This document shows, piece by piece, positions 18,661 through 28,799 of a stretch of DNA of 64,000 nucleotides. Positions within the stretch are counted from its first letter, which is position 1. The number at the start of each line of letters is the position of its first letter. Source of the DNA: Thermoplasmatota archaeon (GTDB lineage: Archaea; Thermoplasmatota; JAKEGO01); the NCBI GenBank assembly GCA_028279595.1, contig JANQNK010000006.1:96001-160000 (forward strand). Reading direction: 5' to 3'. Under the pieces are notes generated by a model. That model ran no database searches, was not told the DNA's origin, and saw only the letters and a list, made by a program, of their open reading frames with translations. A program made the position numbers and the translations under genes.

Positions 18661-18739
18661 ACTGGCTCAATCGGGGTGCTCTTCTTAAAGATTTTGCTGA
18701 TGTGGGGCCCGTCCCTTGATAGCTATCGGTGCCTTGAGG

Positions 18740-20320
18740 TCAGAACTTGCCCCATCTTCGCCTGCGGCCGCCAGTGATCGCCTTCCATGACCTCTTGTCG
18801 TGCCTCTTCATGAGGTCGAGGCAGATCTTCCTTCGCTCGAGGGCCCATCTGTCCCTCGGGAAGAGGTCGAGGTACTCGGTGTACAGGTTATAGGCTCCCG
18901 TGAAGTCCCTGTCCTCCTCGAGCTTCGAGATCCTGCCCTTGATGTCCTCGCCGACACGGACCCTGGCCCACTTGGCCGATGGATCGATCTCAAGCGCCTT
19001 GGAAGCGTATTCTGCAGCCTTCTCGACCTTCTTCATGTCATGGTAGAGGTCGCTAAGCGAGCCGAGGACGGTCAGGTCCTTAGGCCACCTCCTGAAGGCT
19101 CTTATGAGGGTCCTGAGCGCGCCCTTCCTGTCCCCCAGGCCGAGCATGCTGTCCGCCCGGTACACGAACAGACGCGGCTCCTCCTTCTTCACATCGGCCA
19201 TCATGTCGATCGCCGACTTGAACTCCCTCCTGTCGATGAGGTCCTTTCCTATGAGGACAAGATAATGGTCGATGTCGAATTCCTTGTCGAGTCCGGCGAT
19301 CATGCCGTAGAGGTCGACAGCCTCGCCCCATCTCCGTTCCGACTTCAGCCGGTTGGCGATGTCCTTGAGGTGGTAAGCGGTCTTCGAGCCCGGATACCTC
19401 TCTTCGATGTCCAGGTAGAGCTCGACGGCCCTGTCGTAGCTCCCCTCCCTTACGAATCCGTGGGCTATCTCGGAATACTCCCTCTGGACGTCGACCTCCG
19501 AGAATGTCACGGCCTCCTTCAACATCTCCATCGCCTTCTCGAGGTCGCCGCGCTCGATCTCCTTCCTGGCGAGGTCCTTGACCTTGATGGCAGCGTCAGA
19601 CCTGACTCCTCCATCGGGCGACAGGTCGGAGGCGAGGTGATAGTATCTTAACGCATCCCTTGTGTTTCCGTATTCGACAGAGTTCTCGGCAGCCCTCAGG
19701 AGCGATCCGACCAGTGGTGCGCAGTCGAGGAAATCGAAGGCCTCGCTGTACTCGGCGGCCCGTTCGAAGCGTTCCCCCTCCAGTGTTGAAGCGAACTGCC
19801 TCTCTATCGCCCTGATGACCTCGTCCCTCAGTTCCTCGGGGAGTCGTTCGAGCTCCGAACATACCTTTTCATGATGACCGTTCCTCTCCATCGCCTCTAT
19901 GGCTGCGGTGATCCCCCAGTGGAGCCTGTCCCTGTCGTCGGTCATCGAGGACAGCAGTCCGTAGGATGAGATGTGATCGGAGTAACGCCCATCGTCGAGC
20001 ATCTCCCTGGCACGACGCTCTACCGCACCCGCGATTAGCTGAAGGGTCTGCCCCTCCGCTGTCCCGAAATCGATGAGATCGACGACGGCGTCGAGCTCGG
20101 CCGATTCGATGTTGTACGCGATCATGGACGGATGGTCCTCGCAACCGTCCATATCGGCCGGGTCCTTTCCCTGCCTGATAAGAGCTATCGACAATCCCGT
20201 CCTGGAGAGGCAGTCGTCGGTCGAGGCCAGGTCTGACCTGAAAAGCCGTTCCGCCTCCTCGTGGCTCCCCTCCATGAGGGCGGTCATTGCACGCGCCCTG
20301 AGGATATCGGAGGGGTCCAT
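18740..20320 (-). CDS. Tetratricopeptide-repeat protein
   Basis: All-helical with repeated A..Y..A / YP/DP-capped TPR-like units. Confidence 0.65.
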   Translation of the reverse strand: MDPSDILRARAMTALMEGSHEEAERLFRSDLASTDDCLSRTGLSIALIRQGKDPADMDGCEDHPSMIAYNIESAELDAVVDLIDFGTAEGQTLQLIAGAVERRAREMLDDGRYSDHISSYGLLSSMTDDRDRLHWGITAAIEAMERNGHHEKVCSELERLPEELRDEVIRAIERQFASTLEGERFERAAEYSEAFDFLDCAPLVGSLLRAAENSVEYGNTRDALRYYHLASDLSPDGGVRSDAAIKVKDLARKEIERGDLEKAMEMLKEAVTFSEVDVQREYSEIAHGFVREGSYDRAVELYLDIEERYPGSKTAYHLKDIANRLKSERRWGEAVDLYGMIAGLDKEFDIDHYLVLIGKDLIDRREFKSAIDMMADVKKEEPRLFVYRADSMLGLGDRKGALRTLIRAFRRWPKDLTVLGSLSDLYHDMKKVEKAAEYASKALEIDPSAKWARVRVGEDIKGRISKLEEDRDFTGAYNLYTEYLDLFPRDRWALERRKICLDLMKRHDKRSWKAITGGRRRRWGKF

Positions 20321-20324
20321 GTCG

Positions 20325-20957
20325 TCACTCCTTGACGACCTTGGTCTGGACGTAGTTGCTGTTCGAGACGTACTCTACCCTGATCTTCACGCGGTCGCCC
20401 TTCGCCGTTCCCGGCACGAAGATGACATATGGTCCCTGTCGGACCATGCCGTCGCCTCGGTGGCTGATGTCCTGGACCGTGACCTCGATAACGTCCCCGG
20501 CCTTGAGTTTCTGCGACTTCTCCTCGTGTTTCACACCCTTCTTGACGAGGACTGGCCTTCTGCCGCCGCATGCGTCGCAGACCAGGATGAGTGTCCTGGA
20601 ATCCTTGATCAGATGTGTGTCAGGCCGACCGCACTCGGAACAGAGGACATAGGTCTCGAAGTAGGCGTTTACCTTCTTCTGCAGGTCCTCCTGGATTATC
20701 CTCGCCTTGAGGACCAGGCGTCCTGAGTCGTCGATGAATCCAGGTGCGCCAACGTCCTTCACAAGGTGGCCCAGCAGATGCTCGGGCTCCCTTGCGATCA
20801 TGTCGGCAATTGTGTTGAAATTCCTGAGGATGGTCGATTTCCCCTCTATGAACGATTCCACGTCGGGAAGCTTGAAACGCTCCTCCTCCTTGGCGGGCGC
20901 CTTGAGTTCCTTCTTGGCGTCCTCGAGGAGCTTCATGTAGTCGAATTGGTCGGTCAT
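20325..20957 (-). CDS. eif2b: Translation initiation factor aIF2 beta with C-terminal TRAM domain
   Basis: ERFKLP...EGKSTILRNF, YVLCSECGRPDT, CDACG; TRAM (RGDG....YVIFVPG..KGD.VKI). Confidence 0.93.
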   Translation of the reverse strand: MTDQFDYMKLLEDAKKELKAPAKEEERFKLPDVESFIEGKSTILRNFNTIADMIAREPEHLLGHLVKDVGAPGFIDDSGRLVLKARIIQEDLQKKVNAYFETYVLCSECGRPDTHLIKDSRTLILVCDACGGRRPVLVKKGVKHEEKSQKLKAGDVIEVTVQDISHRGDGMVRQGPYVIFVPGTAKGDRVKIRVEYVSNSNYVQTKVVKE

Positions 20958-21174
20958 CTCCCGTGCAATGTGCGTGTGTGTTAAAAAGGTATGGTCGGAC
21001 GAGCATTACGAAATCCCTGTATGTCACGCGGTTCCGAGAATTCCAGCGGACCCCTGCCGGAACCCGCGCCGGGACATGGCCAGACATTGAAAAACGAGGT
21101 CATTTTCGCCTTCCCGCTCACCACAAGGTTTATATCAGGGGCCTATATAAGAGGTCCAGTCTGGAGGACAGGAG

Positions 21175-21534
21175 ATGGGTAGAACTGGCAAGAGCGACAG
21201 CGTGCTTGAGCTCATCGGAACGCTCAAGAGATCGGCCCTCGAGAACGAGGCCCCTATCTGGAAGGATGTAGCCAAGAGGCTCGAGAAGCCGAAGTCCAGC
21301 TGGGCCGAGGTCAACCTGTCCCACCTCGAGAGGACCACCGCCGACGGTGACATCGTCGTGGTCCCCGGAAAGCTCCTAGGAGCCGGGTCCGTGTCGAAGA
21401 AGCTGACTGTAGCATCTGTCTCGATGTCGGAGTCGGCCGAGACCGGAATCACGGGGTCCGGCGGAAAGGTGTCGACGATAGAGCAGTTGATCGAGAAGAA
21501 CCCCTCCGGAAAGGGGATCAGGATCATCGGGTGA
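21175..21534 (+). CDS. rpl18e: 50S ribosomal protein L18e
   Basis: APIWKDVA.RL.KP...AEVNL, VVPGKLLG.G, NP.GK.IRII. Confidence 0.96.
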   Translation: MGRTGKSDSVLELIGTLKRSALENEAPIWKDVAKRLEKPKSSWAEVNLSHLERTTADGDIVVVPGKLLGAGSVSKKLTVASVSMSESAETGITGSGGKVSTIEQLIEKNPSGKGIRIIG

Positions 21535-21538
21535 TCAC

Positions 21539-21964
21539 ATGAAGGTCATCGACGCCGAAGGTGCCGTCCTGGGCCGGCTCGCAAGTTCCCTTGCCAAGAG
21601 CCTGCTTGACGGCGAGGAGATAATCGTTGTCAACGCCGAGAAGGCGATAATCGTGGGAGACCCGGACGAGGTCATCATGAGGTACCTGACCAAGAGGCGC
21701 CTCAACCATCCGAGGAAGGGTCCGCACTTCCCGCGCATGCCCGACAGGATCGTCAAGAGGACCGTCCGCGGGATGCTCCCCTACAAGCAGCCCAGGGGCA
21801 GGGACGCGCTTCACCGCCTGAGGGTCTACATGGGCGTACCCAAGGAATACGCCAAGGAGAAGACCGAACAGGTGGACGTGTCGATGCGTCCAGCGCCGGA
21901 GAAGTTCATAACGCTCAACAGGGTCGCGATGGAACTCGGGGCCAAGGTAGGTGACTTGGAATGA
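21539..21964 (+). CDS. rpl13: 50S ribosomal protein L13
   Basis: [34 protein letters not shown]. Confidence 0.97.
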   Translation: MKVIDAEGAVLGRLASSLAKSLLDGEEIIVVNAEKAIIVGDPDEVIMRYLTKRRLNHPRKGPHFPRMPDRIVKRTVRGMLPYKQPRGRDALHRLRVYMGVPKEYAKEKTEQVDVSMRPAPEKFITLNRVAMELGAKVGDLE

Positions 21965-22359
21965 AGCCTGTGGTCGTCAGTGGAAAGAGGAAGACCGCGA
22001 TAGCCCGCGCAACTGTCGAGAAGGGCAACGGGACCTTCAGGGTCAACAGCATGCTTCTCGATCACTGGGGTACCGAGATGGCCCGGTTGAAGGTCCAGGA
22101 GCCCCTCCACCTCGCCGGGACGAAGGCCCAGATGGTCAACATAAGCGTCAACGTCCAGGGCGGAGGCGTCATGGGTCAGGCCTACGCGACGAGGACCGCT
22201 ATCGCACGCGGGCTCGTGCAGTTCTTCGAGGACAGCACCCTCGAGGAGGTCTACCGCGACTTCGACAGGAGCCTGCTGGTCAACGACGCACGCAGGAAGG
22301 AGACGAAGAAACCGCTCGGCCGCGGAGCGAGGAAGAAGCGGCAGAAGTCCTACAGGTGA
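21961..22359 (+). CDS. rps9: 30S ribosomal protein S9
   Basis: [38 protein letters not shown]. Confidence 0.97.
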   Translation: MKPVVVSGKRKTAIARATVEKGNGTFRVNSMLLDHWGTEMARLKVQEPLHLAGTKAQMVNISVNVQGGGVMGQAYATRTAIARGLVQFFEDSTLEEVYRDFDRSLLVNDARRKETKKPLGRGARKKRQKSYR

Positions 22360-22364
22360 TACGT

Positions 22365-22556
22365 TTGATAATGCCCGTCCGGTGTTTCAGCTGCGGAAAG
22401 GTGATAGGCCACTTCTACGCCGTCTACAAGCAGAAGGTCGCGATGGGCGAGGACCCCCAGAGGGCGCTCGACCAGCTGGGTATCGAACGCTACTGCTGCC
22501 GAAGGATGATAATGACGCACGTCGACCTGATCGACGACGTGCTTCCGTATCCCTGA
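22365..22556 (+). CDS. rpoN: DNA-directed RNA polymerase subunit N (Rpo10)
   Basis: (M)[11 protein letters not shown]...LG..RYCCRRM..TH; TTG start after AGGTGA (alternative ATG 22371). Confidence 0.96.
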   Translation: MIMPVRCFSCGKVIGHFYAVYKQKVAMGEDPQRALDQLGIERYCCRRMIMTHVDLIDDVLPYP

Positions 22557-22563
22557 ACTCACT

Positions 22564-23391
22564 TCAGATAAGATGTGCTGCAGGACCTATTCCCGCAGCG
22601 ACCGCTCCGTCCAACTCCTCGAACGAGAAGGCCGAATGTCCGAGCATGCACATTCCCGCCAGCTTCCTCTCTCCGATGATCTTCCTTACATGAGGTCCGA
22701 TAAGGCCCGTCGAATCGGCGAACCTCCTGCTGGACCTGCAGAAGTTCTCGAGTGTGGGCTCTTCCGTCAGTGCGGAGTGCGCTTCTGCACCAGCCTCGAT
22801 GATCCTTTTCCTGTCATCCGGGTTCCGAAGGACCGCAGGGGTGCTCATCGGCTCCTCGACCCATCTCAGGTAGACGACGTCGACATCGATGTCAAGGTTC
22901 TCGACCCTTCCATGGGGAGGCACGCCCTCGACCATGCGGATCTCGAAACCGCCGACCGACTGCGCCGCCACGTCGCCGAGTCCCGTGCCGTTGAGGACCT
23001 CGGCGGTATGCGCAGCGAGTATCGGGTCGACATCGCTGCCGAGGAGCTTGGCCGCGGCCATCGCAGTCGACAGTGCCATGGCTCCGCTCATGCCGAACCC
23101 CTGGCCCAGCGGCAATCCGTTCTCTATCGAGACCTTCAATCGTGTGTCCATGGAGCGTGTGAAGGCCTCCACCACGTCCGTCAGGACCTTCATCTCCGAG
23201 CGGAGGCCGTTGACGAGAATCGTATTGGAATCGGCCAATTCGACCGTGGCATGGGACCCCAGGTCGACACAGAAGCCGGCGCCCCTGGACCCACGCATCG
23301 CTACATCGTCCGCACTGTCGTGGATGCTGAAGAACCCGGTCACATGACCGGGAGCGAACGCCCTGGACCGTTCCATCCGGAAGCCCCTCAA
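22564..23391 (-). CDS. Pantoate kinase (GHMP family)
   Basis: AFAPGHVTGFF, GSRGAG, P.GQGFGMSGA, AH.AEV..GTGLGDV.AQ..GG. Confidence 0.88.
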   Translation of the reverse strand: MRGFRMERSRAFAPGHVTGFFSIHDSADDVAMRGSRGAGFCVDLGSHATVELADSNTILVNGLRSEMKVLTDVVEAFTRSMDTRLKVSIENGLPLGQGFGMSGAMALSTAMAAAKLLGSDVDPILAAHTAEVLNGTGLGDVAAQSVGGFEIRMVEGVPPHGRVENLDIDVDVVYLRWVEEPMSTPAVLRNPDDRKRIIEAGAEAHSALTEEPTLENFCRSSRRFADSTGLIGPHVRKIIGERKLAGMCMLGHSAFSFEELDGAVAAGIGPAAHLI

Positions 23392-24062
23392 CCAATTCGC
23401 ATGCGCCCGAAGTAGTCCTCCTCCTCGGGCTCGGAAGGACCTTCCCCGTCCTCACCAGTGCCTTTACGGCGAACACCCATGCCGATGGCCATCATGACGA
23501 CCAGGACGATCACGGCGAGTATAAGGAACGTTGTGATATCGCCATCGTCGTCGCTCTCGGTGGGTTCCTGGCCGTTCGGACCGATATCCTCCCTCTCTAT
23601 TATGGACCAGTTGATGTTCATGAATACGGTCCTGTTCGGGACGGCGTCGTTCTCCCTGGTGTTGTTGAGGTTGTCTATCACGAGGTAGAGCACGACATCC
23701 TCGGGTTCGGTTATCTTCGACCACTCGAAGGTCCCTTCGCGGCTCTCCAGCCATCCAGGGGGACTGAGGGTCGCGAACTCCTCGCCCTCTCCGTCATCGT
23801 AGTTGTCGTATTCGTCCGGAGTAAAGAGGTAGATATCGATGCCGGTGAAATTGTGCCATTCATCCGGGTCTACCGCTGACACGTTGACCCGCAGCGTGAA
23901 GGTGGCGTTGGCCGGGATCTCGATGTCCCGTCCCCTGTTGTCCCAAAGTTTTCCCTCATCGATCTCGACATCCTGTTCGTCGAAGTAGACGTCATCCGCC
24001 GAAGCGGTCCCTGCGAGCACGAACATCGCCAATATCAACATCATGAATGCCAGGGCCTTCAT
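23388..24062 (-). CDS. Hypothetical secreted protein with C-terminal TM anchor
   Basis: N-terminal signal (MKALAF...ASA), acidic beta-rich domain, TM helix followed by RRK. Confidence 0.7.
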   Translation of the reverse strand: MKALAFMMLILAMFVLAGTASADDVYFDEQDVEIDEGKLWDNRGRDIEIPANATFTLRVNVSAVDPDEWHNFTGIDIYLFTPDEYDNYDDGEGEEFATLSPPGWLESREGTFEWSKITEPEDVVLYLVIDNLNNTRENDAVPNRTVFMNINWSIIEREDIGPNGQEPTESDDDGDITTFLILAVIVLVVMMAIGMGVRRKGTGEDGEGPSEPEEEDYFGRMRIG

Positions 24063-24235
24063 GAGGCCGTGAGGGTCCCGCGAACATTAATAGTTAACTG
24101 CTGAACCGAAAGGCGTCTGGCCACGCCGATCCCGTTGCATTGATGAATGTGCGTTTTTCTAATCTCCAATTGCGTATTTGATAATATCTGGCCATCGATA
24201 AGCATATAAATCCGTGAGTGCCGTATAGGGTAGGC

Positions 24236-26842
24236 ATGTCGTCCCCCTCCGCCCGATTTATGGTGGCACTATCCCTTCTACTGTTGGCCTTCCCTCTCAT
24301 ATCGATGTCAGCATCGGCGTCGTCGGAATGGACTGCGATGTTCTACCTTGACGGCGACAACAACCTCGAGTTCTATTCGAAGGTCGAGATGGCGGAGATA
24401 AACGACTCCGTCGCCGATACCGTGACGCTCGTCCTGAAGGACGATGCGGACGACGGAGACACGGTCCTCTATCACGTCGAGGACGGGACCACGACCGAGC
24501 TCTCACCATCATGGCTCGACAGCGAGATGAACATGGCGGACGGCGACACATTGTACGAGTTCGTCAACTGGACCCTCGAGGAGTATCCATCAAACAGGAC
24601 GTTCCTCACGATGTGGGACCACGGGGGCGCATTCACCGGATGCTGTGTGGACGACACCGATGGCGGGACGCTCACCATAGCCGAGACCCGGACCGCTCTC
24701 GATGATGCCCTCGATGAGGGTGAGCGGATCGACGTGATCGGTTACGCTCAATGTCTGATGGCCAACACCGAGGTCGCATACGAGATGAGGGATGTCGGCT
24801 CGTACATGGTCGCGTCCGAGAAGGTCGGATGGGCTTACGGTTCACAGGCCATTTCCTGGGACATGGACCTGATCATCGAGTACATGGACACGACCGACGA
24901 TCCCGCAGACGTCGCGTCGTACGTGGTCGAGGAGGCCCTCGACCTCTACAGTTTCATGGTCTATCAGTCTCACACATGGTCAGCGATCAATCTCACCAAC
25001 ATGACCGCGCTGATGTCAGATCTGAATGACTTCATTGACGCCATGGACGAGGCGTATGACTTCCATCACTGGGAGATCATAGAGGCAAGGGAGGCCACGG
25101 AGTCCTACGAGGGACCCTACGGGAACCAGTATGACCGGATAGTGGATCTGCACCATTACGTAGGTCATATCTTCAACATCACATCCATTCCGACCGCATT
25201 GAGGGACGCAGCCCTCGCACTCATGGAGGAGCTCAATTCCACGATAATCGCGGAAGGCCATCACACTTCGACGACCGACGCCGACGAGGCCTGCGGGAAC
25301 GCCCACGGACTCAGCATAAACTTCCCCGACACGGAGAACAAACTGTGGTCTTCGTACACAAGTATTACACGTGGTCCAGGGGAGTTCGTTACCGATTCCG
25401 AATGGGACGAGTGGCTGTTCACCTACTGGGACATCCTGTTCGTGGACGATGACGCATCGGGTCCCGGCGACGGGTCCATCGGGGACCCGTACCCGACGAT
25501 CCAGGACGCGATCGACGCAGCCGATGCTGGCACGATCGTCAGTGTGATGGACGGCACCTATCAGGAGGACATCGTACTGGACGTCGATATATCCCTGATA
25601 GGGAACGGTAGCACGACCACCGAGCTGACCTCCGATGGAGGTACGGTCATTACCGTTACCGCCGATGGCGCCACGGTCGGTGGGTTCATGATAACAGACG
25701 CTCCGTCCGGTCATGCTGGGATCGACGTGGAGGCCGATGACGTCACCATCTCACAGGTCAATGTCACGGAGAACGACGTCGGTATCCAGATCGACAGCTC
25801 CGATGGATGTTCCGTCACGTATTCAGACGTGATCGGGAACGACGTCGGGATCGAGATATCCGGATCATGCCCCAGTACTGACATCCAGAACGTGACCATG
25901 CTCTCGAACGATCTGAACATGCACAACGACGGAACCTCCTCGATCGATGCCGAGTACAACCACTGGGGAACGGTCCATGAATCGTCACTCGTTGCGACCA
26001 TAACGGACTGGTCCGACGATGACACCCTAGGTGTGGTCGACTACTCTCCGTGGTACGGTTTCAGGAACACGACCCAGTACACTCCGGACATGACCGCTCC
26101 GACGACGACGGACGACCACGTCGACGGATGGTACAACTCGAACGTCACTATAAATCTGACAGCGACCGACGACCTGTCGGGCGTCCGTGAGACCTACTAC
26201 AGGATCGACGGCGGTGATTGGGAGACGGGGACCGTCGTATTGGTACATGCTCTGCCTGACGGTTCGTCGGACGGGAATGTAACGGTCGAGTATCGAAGCG
26301 TCGACCACAGCGGCAACAATGGGACGATCATCAACATTACCGTGAAGATCGACGCGACCGCACCCGAGCTCAGGATATGGTACGACACCTTTTCCGACAG
26401 GGTCCGCTTCGACGTCTACGACGAGATCGACGGAGCTCCGGAGAAGAAACGGAAGAGGTCCGGGTCCAGGTACACCTTCATACTCACCGACCATGCTGGG
26501 AATCTCGTCAAGGTCAAGTTGATCTATTCAAGGAGCACATCCAGCGGTTGGTCCCTCCACAAGATCGCATTGACCAAGGCCAAGTTCGACGGTGGATCGT
26601 GGAACGTCTTCAGGTCCGGGGAGAGGTTCGCTATGAGGGCCCTCAGTCAGGCCCGCTCATTGCAGATGTACGAGCAGGATGTGTACGGCTCCAGATGGTC
26701 TGTGGCCGCTGAATACGACAAATCCGAGAGCTCGACCGATGTCACCGTCGTCGACGGCGGAACCACCACCTCCACCGAGTCCGGGATGTGTACCTGCGAC
26801 ATGTTCGTCAGTGGAAGCGGGACCTCGTACCTCGTCAACTAG
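24236..26842 (+). CDS. Secreted clostripain-family (C11) cysteine peptidase with beta-helix and Ig-like domains
   Basis: Signal peptide; WT.MFYLDGDNNLE, E.NMADGDTL, WDHGG (His), YAQCLM (Cys), EVAYE; PY.TIQDAIDAA beta-helix; DMTAPTT Ig-like domain. Confidence 0.85.
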   Translation: MSSPSARFMVALSLLLLAFPLISMSASASSEWTAMFYLDGDNNLEFYSKVEMAEINDSVADTVTLVLKDDADDGDTVLYHVEDGTTTELSPSWLDSEMNMADGDTLYEFVNWTLEEYPSNRTFLTMWDHGGAFTGCCVDDTDGGTLTIAETRTALDDALDEGERIDVIGYAQCLMANTEVAYEMRDVGSYMVASEKVGWAYGSQAISWDMDLIIEYMDTTDDPADVASYVVEEALDLYSFMVYQSHTWSAINLTNMTALMSDLNDFIDAMDEAYDFHHWEIIEAREATESYEGPYGNQYDRIVDLHHYVGHIFNITSIPTALRDAALALMEELNSTIIAEGHHTSTTDADEACGNAHGLSINFPDTENKLWSSYTSITRGPGEFVTDSEWDEWLFTYWDILFVDDDASGPGDGSIGDPYPTIQDAIDAADAGTIVSVMDGTYQEDIVLDVDISLIGNGSTTTELTSDGGTVITVTADGATVGGFMITDAPSGHAGIDVEADDVTISQVNVTENDVGIQIDSSDGCSVTYSDVIGNDVGIEISGSCPSTDIQNVTMLSNDLNMHNDGTSSIDAEYNHWGTVHESSLVATITDWSDDDTLGVVDYSPWYGFRNTTQYTPDMTAPTTTDDHVDGWYNSNVTINLTATDDLSGVRETYYRIDGGDWETGTVVLVHALPDGSSDGNVTVEYRSVDHSGNNGTIINITVKIDATAPELRIWYDTFSDRVRFDVYDEIDGAPEKKRKRSGSRYTFILTDHAGNLVKVKLIYSRSTSSGWSLHKIALTKAKFDGGSWNVFRSGERFAMRALSQARSLQMYEQDVYGSRWSVAAEYDKSESSTDVTVVDGGTTTSTESGMCTCDMFVSGSGTSYLVN

Positions 26843-27036
26843 GTCCTCAACAATTTACGGGTAATTAAATAACGAATCACCTCGATCTATCAGTGACCGA
26901 ACGGTAATTATGTCCGGTGAGATCCTAGACTTTATTATTTCGACCTCATAATTCACCCGGCCGACCTTCATTTCCGATAGAAATGGTTTTATACCCAGAT
27001 GTCTATGTCCCTTCAGCGTGCCAGTGAGGGATTGGG

Positions 27037-27402
27037 ATGAACCTGCTAAAGCGAGTATCTAGAGATGATATCGAAGAAGAGTACATCGGCGACAAGTTCG
27101 TCGATCTGACAGATGAACAGGGCATGACCGAGGAGGTCTCGTCGTCCGTCAGGACGATGATCCGGGTGGCGGAGATACACCGGTACGAGGACCTACACAA
27201 GTTCGAGGGGATCACCTATTCGGGTGACGTCCTCGTTCTGAACTATTCGTCCATGTCGAAGGACGAGCTCGGGATGAAGCGCCTTCTGAGGAGGTCGCAC
27301 GAGATCGTGAAGGACGTGAACGGCGACGTCGTCATGCTTCCGAACAGCATGCTCCTGATGACACCGAGCGGAATTCGGATATCGAGACAGAAACTACAGT
27401 GA
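27037..27402 (+). CDS. sepF: SepF-family cell-division protein (DUF552)
   Basis: FVDL, IRVAEI...DL, GDVLVLNY, V.DVNGDV, LLMTPSGIRI.R. Confidence 0.78.
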   Translation: MNLLKRVSRDDIEEEYIGDKFVDLTDEQGMTEEVSSSVRTMIRVAEIHRYEDLHKFEGITYSGDVLVLNYSSMSKDELGMKRLLRRSHEIVKDVNGDVVMLPNSMLLMTPSGIRISRQKLQ

Positions 27403-27430
27403 GCCGCGGAGCCTCATGATTAATCGCAGA

Positions 27431-27540
27431 GGGGAGCCGAAGGTCTGACTGGTTTCGTTCATTTCGCGAGCGATAGCGCCGGTTGCCCCCATCCGGCGAC
27501 AACCTCCCCCTTCGGTTCCCCCATTCTTTCTTTTATTCTT
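27431..27540 (+). other. Structured intergenic element closed by a 13-bp stem and followed by a T-rich tract
   Basis: GGGGAGCCGAAGG pairs with CCTTCGGTTCCCC (one G-U); inner CGCCGG/CCGGCG hairpin; TTCTTTCTTTTATT after. Confidence 0.5.
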
Positions 27541-27605
27541 AACCCGTCAGCGTAGACTAGTAACGAGGGTAAATCCTTAATATCGGAAGGGGGATTACCG
27601 GGCAC

Positions 27606-28043
27606 ATGGCAGTACTCAGAGGTAGAGGAACCGGGGTAGCCAAGGGCATGTCGATGGACAGACGGCTTGGCATCATCGCGGTCCTCGTCCTCGTATTCTC
27701 GCTCTCTGCACTCGTCTACGGGATCCTCAACATGAGGGAGGCCGGGGACACCGTCACCATCAACGGCGTCGATTACGAATGGCGCGGGCTCGAGGAGAAC
27801 TTCACTGTCGTAAAACTCAACGGTCATCGGGGAGTCATGTTGTCCGATCTCATCAACGACACTGGACTCGAGGACCCTGAGTCCCATCAATATGCCATCG
27901 TGGGAGCTGATGGTTACAGGAAAACCGTCGACTGGAACGACATGCTCAACGGCGTCCTGAAGATAGACGGGAAGGAGGTCTACTTCACCACCAGGGTGAA
28001 GCAGTACTTCGTCCGCGACATCGTCGAGATAGAGGTGGTATAA
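27606..28043 (+). CDS. Membrane-anchored protein with one minimal sulfite-oxidase/Moco-binding-like domain
   Basis: N-terminal TM; GVMLSDL...IVGADGYRKTV.W.DM..G...FVRDIVEIEV. Start may be 27648/27654. Confidence 0.55.
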   Translation: MAVLRGRGTGVAKGMSMDRRLGIIAVLVLVFSLSALVYGILNMREAGDTVTINGVDYEWRGLEENFTVVKLNGHRGVMLSDLINDTGLEDPESHQYAIVGADGYRKTVDWNDMLNGVLKIDGKEVYFTTRVKQYFVRDIVEIEVV

Positions 28044-28798
28044 TGAGGGAATGGAAGTTTGGTTGGATGACGATCCTTCTGACGCTGGTCCTCGCTGTAT
28101 CCATCATGTTCACCGGATGCACTGGGTCCGATGACGACGATGATGACGACGAGGAGCATGATGATGACGTGATCATCAGCATCGATGGCTACGAATACAA
28201 TCTCAGCGATATGTTCGACACATTCACCAAAGTGACGATCACCGGAAGCGACCAGACCGAATACACCGGGATCTCGCTCAGCGATGTTGTGAACTCCTCA
28301 AACGTGGCCGGTCCCGAGCAGTATCAGTTCATGATCAGCGCGAACGACGGTTACGCCAAGAACGTGACCTGGGCTGACATGCTCAGGGGGGTCATGGTGG
28401 AGGATGGGACGATGACCGCGTTCCCCGACCTCCCGGGTAAATACCGGATCAGGGATGTTGTCTCGATGAATCCCGCCGACGTTGAGACTCTGGTGGTGAA
28501 CGGCCGCCTCTACGTCGCGAAGCAGCCGTTCGACATCTTCGCGTTCGAACTGGTGGAAGAGACGGTCGACAACGACACTTACGAGGGAGTACGGCCGAGC
28601 GACCTTCTCAACCATTCAGGGCTACTCAATGGATCGGCCAACGATTTTACGATATACGGTTCCGACGGTTACAACAAGACCGTCAACTGGACAATGATGA
28701 TGGACGGCGTCCTTGTGGAGGCCGACATGCAGATAGTGTTCCCGGAGCTCGCCACGAGCTTCTGGGTAAGCGATATAGTCACGATCGAGGTGATTTGA
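28043..28798 (+). CDS. Lipoprotein with two copies of the same Moco-fold-like domain
   Basis: Lipobox FTGC, acidic linker; two GI/V.LSD...DGY.K.V.W..M..GV...FP.L....[RS]D[VI]V repeats. Confidence 0.6.
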   Translation: MREWKFGWMTILLTLVLAVSIMFTGCTGSDDDDDDDEEHDDDVIISIDGYEYNLSDMFDTFTKVTITGSDQTEYTGISLSDVVNSSNVAGPEQYQFMISANDGYAKNVTWADMLRGVMVEDGTMTAFPDLPGKYRIRDVVSMNPADVETLVVNGRLYVAKQPFDIFAFELVEETVDNDTYEGVRPSDLLNHSGLLNGSANDFTIYGSDGYNKTVNWTMMMDGVLVEADMQIVFPELATSFWVSDIVTIEVI

Positions 28799-28799
28799 T

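Noticed and set aside
20325-20957. aIF2-beta fused to TRAM as a novelty
   Set aside because: Known fusion in several euryarchaeal/Thermoplasmata lineages.
21020-21085. Possible tRNA/ncRNA upstream of rpl18e
   Set aside because: Only an imperfect stem (GCGGTTCCG/CGGAACCCGC); no cloverleaf or T-loop consensus.
27431-27521. Hammerhead ribozyme, C/D sRNA or SECIS interpretation
   Set aside because: No CUGANGA core, C-to-D spacing too short, and no in-frame UGA selenoprotein candidate nearby.
28130-28170. GAT/GAC trinucleotide run
   Set aside because: Encodes an ordinary poly-Asp lipoprotein linker; mixed codons, not a contingency repeat.
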